Assembly (NCBI GenBank): GCA_963753345.1
Contig: CAVWBU010000020.1
Span: 1 to 50,609 of the forward strand
Direction of reading: 5' to 3'
Origin: an uncultured Fibrobacterota bacterium
GTDB taxonomy: Bacteria > Fibrobacterota > Chitinivibrionia > Chitinivibrionales > FEN-1185
Length of the DNA: 50,609 nt
In this document: positions 40,880 through 48,222 of the stretch, in pieces
Layout of the letters: the number at the start of each line of letters is the position of its first letter
How positions within the stretch are numbered: the first letter of the stretch is position 1
Made by a program: the position numbers and the translations under genes
Notes under the pieces: model-generated
Seen by the model: the letters and a program-made list of their open reading frames with translations, nothing else
Databases searched by the model: none
What the model was told of the DNA's origin: nothing

Positions 40880-41224
40880 ATGGACGTTGCCTCACGAAAA
40901 CAGGACCTGAAATTTCTGTTCGGTCCCATTGTTGACGCTCTCGGGTACAAGTTCAGCCCGGACGAGGAGCTTGTCGATTTCTGTCTCGAGCAGGAAGTCA
41001 ACCTCGAGGAAAAACACGGGGTCCCGTTCTGCCCCTGCCAGGCGCTCACCAAAGACAGGGCGCGCAACATGAAAATCGTGTGCCCCTGCATCCCGTTCCA
41101 CCGGAAACATTACGACGCTATGAAGCGGTGCTGGTGCGGCCTGTACGTGCACAAGGACGTGACCGACCCGGATAAGCTAAAGCAGATTCCGGCGTCGGCG
41201 GTGAAAGAAAAAGTCGAAAGTTGA
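40880..41224 (+). CDS. Ferredoxin-thioredoxin reductase catalytic-subunit-like protein
   Basis: GVPFCPC, VCPC and RCWCGLYV triple Cys-pair signature. Confidence 0.88.
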   Translation: MDVASRKQDLKFLFGPIVDALGYKFSPDEELVDFCLEQEVNLEEKHGVPFCPCQALTKDRARNMKIVCPCIPFHRKHYDAMKRCWCGLYVHKDVTDPDKLKQIPASAVKEKVES

Positions 41225-41240
41225 AAGTTGGAAGTTGGAA
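41213..41240 (+). repeat. Short tandem heptamer repeat (GTTGAAA-like, x4)
   Basis: gtcgaaa gttgaaa gttggaa gttggaa spanning the FTR stop codon. Confidence 0.6.
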
Positions 41241-41314
41241 GCCAAAACAGTCTTCAATTTTACCAATCTGGAATTTGCAATCTGGAATTGATCAATCAGC
41301 AGAGGATATTCTGT

Positions 41315-41698
41315 ATGATTAGAAAAATCGCATCAATCTCCGACATTGCCGTCGGCGGCATCAAGGCGTTTGAAGTTGACGGGAAAGAAATTCTGGTCGG
41401 CAATGTGGACGGAACATTTTACGCCGTGGAGCGACGCTGCGGCCACATGAACGCGCCATGCGAGATGGGCACCCTGCGCGGCCACATCCTCACCTGCCCC
41501 ATGCACTACGCGCAGTTCGACATGCGCACGGGGAAAACGCTCAAGAAACCGTTTATCAAGTCCGAGCCAGAGGGGCTGCCGGACAAATTCAGGAACTTCT
41601 TTGAGCACAAGGAAGAAATGATGGAGAAGATCAGTACGTATGATTTGAAGACATTCAAGGTGATCGTTGAGGGCGGGGATATTTTCCTGAAGCCGTGA
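41315..41698 (+). CDS. Rieske [2Fe-2S] ferredoxin
   Basis: FYAVERRCGHMNA...LTCPMHYAQFDMRTG; RBS gagga. Confidence 0.88.
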   Translation: MIRKIASISDIAVGGIKAFEVDGKEILVGNVDGTFYAVERRCGHMNAPCEMGTLRGHILTCPMHYAQFDMRTGKTLKKPFIKSEPEGLPDKFRNFFEHKEEMMEKISTYDLKTFKVIVEGGDIFLKP

Positions 41699-41752
41699 CC
41701 ACAAGTTCACCTTTTGGCATTGCAGAGAAAAACCTAAATTGACGGACGGCAA

Positions 41753-42163
41753 TTACCCTCCGCTTAATACAGAAATAACGGAATCAATTCTCACCGTATC
41801 TTGTATAGTAAAATATGCGGTTGAATCGCCGGGTTTTGAAAGAAATATCCGCATTATGATATTTCCGCCGATCATTCTACAGGTATCGCAATCCGAATGG
41901 TAATTGAATTCTCCTTTTGAATTTGTCATTATCCTGCTTGAATCAACAATCGTGTTGGACGAACAAATAAAATCAACTTCGGAATTGGCGTAAATGCCCG
42001 AATCAATTGGCGTTCTCAATCTCCCCACAACTCCGCCATAAGCCGTCTCATATTTAATGAAGTACAACTTACCATCGATATTTATTTTTGGCTTCGTTTC
42101 ATTTTGCAATCCATTTTGACACGCAATAAAACAGAGCATAAATATTGCTAATACCATTCTCAT
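41753..42163 (-). CDS. Low-GC hypothetical lipoprotein
   Basis: MRMVLAIFMLCFIAC lipobox-like signal; RBS aaggag; AT-rich. Confidence 0.65.
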   Translation of the reverse strand: MRMVLAIFMLCFIACQNGLQNETKPKINIDGKLYFIKYETAYGGVVGRLRTPIDSGIYANSEVDFICSSNTIVDSSRIMTNSKGEFNYHSDCDTCRMIGGNIIMRIFLSKPGDSTAYFTIQDTVRIDSVISVLSGG

Positions 42164-42276
42164 AGTTAGCTCCTTTTCTTGGTTAACTTCAACGGAACAT
42201 TACTTTGCCATGATAGTCACAGAAAACCCTTTGACCGATGAACCGCCATTTCAAATTCGCCTAGTTTACAAGCGAT

Positions 42277-42797
42277 CTACCTGCTTACAATGCTGAAATT
42301 TCCCACGCAATTGTACGTCGGAAAGTAAAAACAATAGCAATATTCCGTAATATTTGCAACGAATTTGTAGTTTCCGGCCGTTAGCGAATTGGCAAAATGA
42401 ATCGTTGCGTTAAGCGAATATTTGCGTACCTGGGGCAGAATCCCGATGGCGTCGCTTACGTCCCAGTTGTAATCTCCAATGATAACAGTTGTATCTCCCT
42501 TGCTCAATGCGTGCATGCGGACAATGTTGAATGACTGGTAATTCTCATCATCCTCAAAAGACATAAAGGAGAGTCTGACTCGTTGAGTCGCGCATTTATC
42601 AACAGCGCGGTTGAATCACCAGTGTAATCGGTATCGCTTGATGTATCGTAGGTGAAAGCAATGGACGGATACGCAGTATCTGAGAACAGCCCGTCCGATT
42701 TCACGAGTTGTACTCTGGACGGACCAACAAGATGACTGGTTGTTGTCGGATTAGCACAGCACAGCATGAGAGCGAGAAGAAACACCATTTTCCTCAT
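42277..42797 (-). CDS. Low-GC hypothetical lipoprotein; apparent frameshift near 42570-42590
   Basis: RBS aggagga, MRKMVFLLALMLCC signal; overlapping ORFs 42504..42830 and 42277..42564 appear to be one gene. Confidence 0.5.
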
Positions 42798-43016
42798 TGT
42801 TATCCTCCTGCACGTTTTCCAATCGTGCAAACTGCAATCACATTCTCATCGGCGCTTTTCACACTCATTTTTGAACTTGGAAAATCTTGGCGACGATTCT
42901 GTACATCAGTACCATTATGTAAATACCCACCCGCAGCAATGTGCCGGCTCTGTCATAACAGTCGCTGAAATCGCCTGCAGGGTACAAACGGTGAGATTAC
43001 AAACAACAAAGACCGG

Positions 43017-43772
43017 CTAGAAATTGTCTTTTCTCTGCCGCAGCTCGGCGAACACCGCGATCCCGTTCGCGTCTTCCATGCCGAGCCTCTTCCTGATGGC
43101 GGGACTGCCGGTGCGGAGGAACGGGTTGGTGGCCCGCTCCACGAGGATGGTCGACGGAACCGTGGGCATGTTGCGGGCCTGGAGGTACTTTACATCCGCA
43201 AGTCGCTGCCAGAGGTCCTTGTTTTCGGTCTCCACGGTCGTGGCGAACAGAAGATTTTCCTCGGTGTATTCGTGGCCGCAGTACACCGACGTGATGTCCT
43301 CGACGCCGGTGCACTTGATGAGCGACCGGAGCATGTCTGCCGGCGTGCCCTCAATGACGCTTCCGCACCCGCCGCCGAACAGCGTGTCGCCCGTGAACAG
43401 CGCACGCAGGGCCGGAAAATGATACACCACGTGCGTCATGGTGTGGCCCGGCGTGTGGATCACCTCCACACTTTCATCGAGGACCGAATGCACTCCCTCG
43501 TCCCGCGCTATATCATCCACAAACGGCAGGCCCATGTCGCCGGGCCCGATGATCCTGCACCCGTGCGCACGCTTGAGTTCAACCGCGCCCGCGCAATGAT
43601 CGGCGTGGTGGTGCGTGATGAGAATGTGCGTCAGCTTCAGCTTGTAGCGGCCCAGGAACCGCTGGACAACCTGGGAGTCCCCCGGATCGACGGCCGCGGC
43701 TTCTGCGCCGTTATGCAGCACCCACGCGTAGTTGTCGGCCATCATGGGGAGTATGGCAATGGTAATTTCCGT
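43017..43772 (-). CDS. gloB: Hydroxyacylglutathione hydrolase (glyoxalase II)
   Basis: DNYAW, VDPG, THHHADH, HTPGHT, LFTGDTLF, CGHEYT, ERATNPFLR, LRQRKDNF; start placed at an ACG 7 nt after aaggagg. Confidence 0.92.
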   Translation of the reverse strand, partial: TEITIAILPMMADNYAWVLHNGAEAAAVDPGDSQVVQRFLGRYKLKLTHILITHHHADHCAGAVELKRAHGCRIIGPGDMGLPFVDDIARDEGVHSVLDESVEVIHTPGHTMTHVVYHFPALRALFTGDTLFGGGCGSVIEGTPADMLRSLIKCTGVEDITSVYCGHEYTEENLLFATTVETENKDLWQRLADVKYLQARNMPTVPSTILVERATNPFLRTGSPAIRKRLGMEDANGIAVFAELRQRKDNF

Positions 43773-43892
43773 ACGAACGCCTCCTTGGAACCGCTGTCCA
43801 GAAAAATAGGGCTTTTGATGCAGGAAAAGCAACCGGTAGATTATTTTCTTTCTCCGTACGGGCGACTGTTTACAAATCACACCGTTGCACCC

Positions 43893-45074
43893 ATGCATTA
43901 TTCCGGCATCGATATCTTTTGCCATGTCGTCGACAATTTCGGCGACGCAGGCGTGGCCTACCGCTTCGCGCGTGAGCTCTGTCTCGCCCGCCCGTTGTGC
44001 AGGACGCGGCTGTTCTGCGACGACCTCGCGCCGCTTTCGGCCATGTGGCCCGGGCTTGATCCGCGCGCCGCTCTCCAGGAATGCAACGGCATTGTCGTCG
44101 TCGACGCAACGAAGCTCGACGGTTCTCTCATAAATCAACTTGGCCCCGCCGAGCTTGTCGTGGAGGCGTTCGGCTGCGACATTCCCGCGCCGTATGCGGC
44201 CGCATTGCTGCCGGCGGCCTCGGCGTGGATCAACCTCGAACATCTGTCGGCCGAACCGTGGGTCGGCGGATACCACCGACGGCAGTCGATGCTGGGAACG
44301 GGCGGGCCCGCAAAATATTTCTTTATGCCCGGATTTACAGAAGACACCGGGGGCGTGATCGTTGACACGCGTGTTGAAAAAGTCAAGCAAACGCTGCCGG
44401 TGCGGCGCATGGAACTTCTTTACGGATTTCTGTCGCCGTTCGGAATTTCCGCGCCCTCCGCCGAAGGCGCGCTGTTCGGCGTCGTCTTCACCTATCTGCG
44501 GGGGTTCGACTCCCTGCTCCGCGATCTTCAACAGTCGTGCGACAAGACCTATTTGTTCGTATGCGGAGACAAGAGCACAACCGGAATGATTGCAACCGCA
44601 CAAAGAACGGGCGGCAAAACCCTCGGCGCATCCCGTCTCCGCGTCGGCACCGTCGACATCCTCCTGATGCCCTTTTTGCCGCAGCACCGTTTCGACACGC
44701 TTTTGTGCCTCGCGGATTTCAACCTCGTGCGCGGCGAGGACTCGCTGGTGCGCGCCATATTCGCGGAAAAGCCGTTTGTCTGGAATGCCTATATTCAGAA
44801 AGAAAAACACCACCTTGTCAAGGTGCGCGCCTTCTGCGACAATTTTGCCGGGTACTTTGACGACAAGGCAGCGCTTGCGCGATACCGGGAGCTGTCGGCG
44901 GCCTTCAACGATTCCGGGAAAGAAACAGCCGGACCTGCCGCATCGGAACGTTTCGACGGATTCTTCGGCGACCTTAAAAAAATCGAGCATTCGACAAGGA
45001 GGATGAGTTATTTTATGGCGCACAAATGCAGCCTGATTGACAAGTTCATTGGTTTTCTCGAAAGCATTCCATAG
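43893..45074 (+). CDS. earP: EF-P arginine rhamnosyltransferase EarP (alternative start at 43818)
   Basis: DIFCHVVDNFGDAGV, EAFGC, WINLEHLSAE, KYFFMPGF...GG, DFNLVRGEDSLVRA, PFVWNAYIQ; directly upstream of efp. Confidence 0.93.
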   Translation: MHYSGIDIFCHVVDNFGDAGVAYRFARELCLARPLCRTRLFCDDLAPLSAMWPGLDPRAALQECNGIVVVDATKLDGSLINQLGPAELVVEAFGCDIPAPYAAALLPAASAWINLEHLSAEPWVGGYHRRQSMLGTGGPAKYFFMPGFTEDTGGVIVDTRVEKVKQTLPVRRMELLYGFLSPFGISAPSAEGALFGVVFTYLRGFDSLLRDLQQSCDKTYLFVCGDKSTTGMIATAQRTGGKTLGASRLRVGTVDILLMPFLPQHRFDTLLCLADFNLVRGEDSLVRAIFAEKPFVWNAYIQKEKHHLVKVRAFCDNFAGYFDDKAALARYRELSAAFNDSGKETAGPAASERFDGFFGDLKKIEHSTRRMSYFMAHKCSLIDKFIGFLESIP

Positions 45075-45096
45075 TACACGAGCGGAGGATGTCCAA

Positions 45097-45657
45097 GTGA
45101 GAGAAGCACAAGACCTTAGGGCGGGCAACACCGTCAAGATCGGAAACGACCTTTTTCTGGTCACCAAGTTTACCTACAACAAGGGCGCGCGCAATGCTTC
45201 GATGGTGAAAATGAAGCTCAAGAACCTTTCCACCGGGAACATTGCCGAGTCGGTGTGCAAGGCTGCCGACAAGTTCGAGGACGTGGTCCTCGAACGCCGC
45301 ACCATGCAGTTTCTCTACGCGTCCGGTGATTTTTACACGTTTATGGACCAGGAAAATTTCGAACAGATGGACTTGACAAAAGAAGACCTCGGCGACGCTC
45401 TCAATTATCTCAAGGAACAGATGTCCATCGACGTGGTGCTCTACGGTGCGCGTGCCGTGGGCGTTGAAATGCCCATCAATGTCGAACTGAAGGTGACCTA
45501 CTCGGAGCCGGCGACTCGGGGCGACACCTCGGGCGGCAAGGTGCTCAAGGCGGCGAAGACGGAGACCGGCTACGAGCTTCAGGTGCCGCTGTACGTCAAC
45601 GTGGGCGACCTTATCCGCATCGACACCCGCAACGGAGAATTCGTCGCGCGAGCTTGA
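45097..45657 (+). CDS. efp: Elongation factor P (Arg32 type)
   Basis: GTG start with RBS ggagga; NKGARNAS loop, KLKNL, EPATRGDTS, VPLYV..GD.IRIDTR.GEF. Confidence 0.95.
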   Translation: MREAQDLRAGNTVKIGNDLFLVTKFTYNKGARNASMVKMKLKNLSTGNIAESVCKAADKFEDVVLERRTMQFLYASGDFYTFMDQENFEQMDLTKEDLGDALNYLKEQMSIDVVLYGARAVGVEMPINVELKVTYSEPATRGDTSGGKVLKAAKTETGYELQVPLYVNVGDLIRIDTRNGEFVARA

Positions 45658-45979
45658 ACCTATTGCATCACGCAACATCGTATAATTCAATTGAAAATCT
45701 GGGCGCCTTTTTCCGTTTACTCCAACCATAGTAATTCGGCTGTCTGATCATTCTTGACAGTAATCATGCCAGTCTATTTGGAGATGCGGGAAACGGAGGC
45801 GTACTCATCAATAGTGATCAGTACGTTTTTCAACGACTCACCAACCCTCGTACGCAAAAGCCTTGCCGCACCACCATTAGAATCAGTAGCTTGACAATGA
45901 GGATTGTCACCATACGGAAATCGAGAAGAACCGGTTTGCCACTTTCGTATTGCCTGTGGATGTAAAAAGGCAGTTTCTT

Positions 45980-46112
45980 GCGCCAGGGGCGACTGGAGGC
46001 CGCGCTGGAGCGCGGTGCCGCCCGGACCCGGCCCTGTGGGCCATAGGGCCGAGGCGGCCCGAGGCCGAAGGCCGAGACCGGAAGGAGAACCGGTGCCAAC
46101 TGGCAGGCGCCC
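45980..46112 (-). repeat. GC-rich structured repeat, copy 1
   Basis: Minus strand gggcg...ggttctccttccggtctcggccttcggcctcg...ccctatggcc...cgggtccgggcggca...cctccagtc...cgc aligns by eye with 47884-48021. Confidence 0.6.
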
Positions 46113-46226
46113 AGATTCCATTGAATAATGAGACACTGCACTGTTTTTTCCTTCCTTGAATATTTGACAAATAATGTGCGCTGGAATGTAGTTTATTTAT
46201 AACCTTCACTCAGCGGGGCACATTTC

Positions 46227-47843
46227 ATGGCACTCTTCAAGAAAAAAGACACGCTTGACGCGATGAAAAACCTGGACCGCACGGGCCAGCTCCTCTCCGA
46301 CTACAAGCGCATAACCGTGGTTTTCAAGTCCCACCCCCACATTTCCATCAAGGAAATCGTCGGCGCTCCGCCGGAGAAATATCAACTGTTGTACAAGATC
46401 GAGGGGCTGGAAAAAAACAAGAATGCGATCGAGGTGAAAGACGAGCACGTGGTGGAAATAAGCCTTCCGCCCAAATACCCGGTAGAGCCGCCCGTTTGCA
46501 AACGGGTGACGGCGTTGTTTCACCCGAACATTTCCGACGACGGCATCGACATCAAGCAGTACTGGAAGCCCGACATGCCGCTCGCCGATCTTATCGTTAC
46601 CATCGGCGAGATGATCGCTTTTCAGAAATACAGCACCACAAACCCGCTGAGCTACGAGGCGGCGAAATGGGCCGACCGGAACAGATCGATGCTTCCGCTG
46701 TCAACGGCCAACCTGAAATACCGGGAACCCCAGCCCACGCAGGACAACGCGCCGGCGACCGAAGTCATGGTGCGCGAGCATGAATCCGGCGGTTCACCTC
46801 CTCCTGATGACGGCCGCAAGACCGAAGGAATCCTGATCGACTCAGGCACCGACCGGATCGACATTGAGACGGAACCAGCCGAGGTGACGCCTTCTCTGAG
46901 TGCGGAACTACGAAAGACCGCCATGTTGCAGGAAGACAAGGCAGATACCACCATCATTTCGCCGGCCTTTTTGGAAGAGCTGCCGGCAAAGCCGCAGCAG
47001 CCGCAACCGTCGAAAAAGGTCAAACCCGCGCCCAAGCCCGAGCCGGCAAAGGTCGCGCCCAAGGCCGAACCGACCAGGGCCTCGCCCGCTCCCGCGGCAC
47101 CCGCGCCCCAGCCGCGCGCTATGCCGCCGGTGAAGGAAAAGGAAACGGAAATGTCCGTGCCCGTGGTTACCAGGGAAAACACCGGGACACGCCCCCAGGC
47201 GGATGCAGGGCCGGTTTCCCCGAGCGAAGGGATGATATGCCCCAAGTGCGGAAGCAGGAACCCCGGCACCTCCAACTTCTGCACAAATTGCGGAACAAGA
47301 ATCCGCCGTGATTTCCATCCCGGATGTCCGATAACCAAGGTTCTCCTGCTCTCCTTTCTTATATCCCTGCCCGTGGCGGTCATTGCCGTGGGCATGACGC
47401 TCATCATCACAAGCCACAGCCGGTCGGCCGCGGTGATTGTGCAGCCCGTACCGGCCGCGCCCACGCCAGCGCCTGCCGCCCAGGTCGCCGCGCCCGTGCA
47501 GGCCGCGCAGGTCGCAGCACCTGCCCCCGCTCCTGCTCCGGCGCCGGCAAAGACTGCGGCGGCCGCGACCGCAGATTCTTCTGCTGTCAAGGCCGCTCCC
47601 GCGGCGTCCGCTGTCCCCAAACCCCCGCGGTCCGCGGGTATGTCGGCCGAAAAGAAAAAGTCGGCCATCGACGACGCGCTCAAGACCGCCCAGATCTATC
47701 TGAACATTGGGTCCTTCGACGAAGCGCTGAACAAGTACATGTACGTACTCAAACTCGATCCCCAGAACGACGATGCGCTCGACGGGCTCAGGATGATCCG
47801 GGATGCGAAGGATAAGGCTGCGGCGGATTCGGCGAAGAAATAG
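46227..47843 (+). CDS. Ubiquitin-conjugating enzyme (E2/UBC)-fold protein lacking the catalytic Cys, with zinc ribbon, single TM helix and C-terminal TPR
   Basis: ISLPPKYPVEPP...TALFHPNI-SDDGIDI...WKP..PLADLIVTIGEMI...NPLSYEAA; Pro/Ala/Lys linker; CPKC-x10-CTNC; hydrophobic VLLLSFLISLPVAVIAVGMTLII; TPR AQIYLNIGSFDEALNKYMYVLKLDPQNDDA. Confidence 0.8.
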   Translation: MALFKKKDTLDAMKNLDRTGQLLSDYKRITVVFKSHPHISIKEIVGAPPEKYQLLYKIEGLEKNKNAIEVKDEHVVEISLPPKYPVEPPVCKRVTALFHPNISDDGIDIKQYWKPDMPLADLIVTIGEMIAFQKYSTTNPLSYEAAKWADRNRSMLPLSTANLKYREPQPTQDNAPATEVMVREHESGGSPPPDDGRKTEGILIDSGTDRIDIETEPAEVTPSLSAELRKTAMLQEDKADTTIISPAFLEELPAKPQQPQPSKKVKPAPKPEPAKVAPKAEPTRASPAPAAPAPQPRAMPPVKEKETEMSVPVVTRENTGTRPQADAGPVSPSEGMICPKCGSRNPGTSNFCTNCGTRIRRDFHPGCPITKVLLLSFLISLPVAVIAVGMTLIITSHSRSAAVIVQPVPAAPTPAPAAQVAAPVQAAQVAAPAPAPAPAPAKTAAAATADSSAVKAAPAASAVPKPPRSAGMSAEKKKSAIDDALKTAQIYLNIGSFDEALNKYMYVLKLDPQNDDALDGLRMIRDAKDKAAADSAKK

Positions 47844-47883
47844 CTACCATTTTATGTTTGTTTGCAGGTAGTAAGCAAGATAT

Positions 47884-48021
47884 GGGCGTTCCCCTCGCTG
47901 CGCTCGGGTCGGTCTCCCTCCGGGCTCGGCTTCTCGCCTCGTTGCCGGACCGCCCCGATGGCCTCCGGCCGGGGTCGGCCGGCAATTCGCTATGGCTCAC
48001 CCTCCGGTCCACCTAACGCGC
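47884..48021 (+). repeat. GC-rich structured repeat, copy 2
   Basis: gggcgttcccctcgctgcgctcgggtcggtctccctccgggctcggcttctcgcctcg...cccgatggcc...ggggtcggccggca...cctccggtc...aacgcgc; REP-like palindromic content. Confidence 0.65.
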
Positions 48022-48222
48022 GGCAACGGACTTCTATTCAGTCAATTACTTCTTTTCGCGCCAATTGGCATCCGCTTGATATCTACTATCAACCGTCAAC
48101 TTGTTCTCGTCTTTTCTTCTCAACTCCTCAACTTCTCAACCTTTCATTTTTTTTCCAGGGCCGAAGCGAGGGCGAGCCTTCCCCCCATAGATTATTGTTC
48201 TATTTTGTCCACAGTTACTGCT

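Noticed and set aside
42164-42276. Integron attC site between the AT-rich genes
   Set aside because: No convincing complementary RYYYAAC/GTTRRRY boxes with an internal palindrome, and no integrase in the window
43773-45167. Long N-terminal extension of gloB (716-aa ORF) and of earP (from 43272), suggesting overlapping genes
   Set aside because: Each extension is the antisense of the other divergent gene; family motifs begin at ~43772 (gloB) and ~43893 (earP)
45774-46209. Short ORFs between efp and the E2-like gene as ubiquitin-like partners
   Set aside because: They run through the repeat element and show no beta-grasp pattern, C-terminal GG or clear RBS
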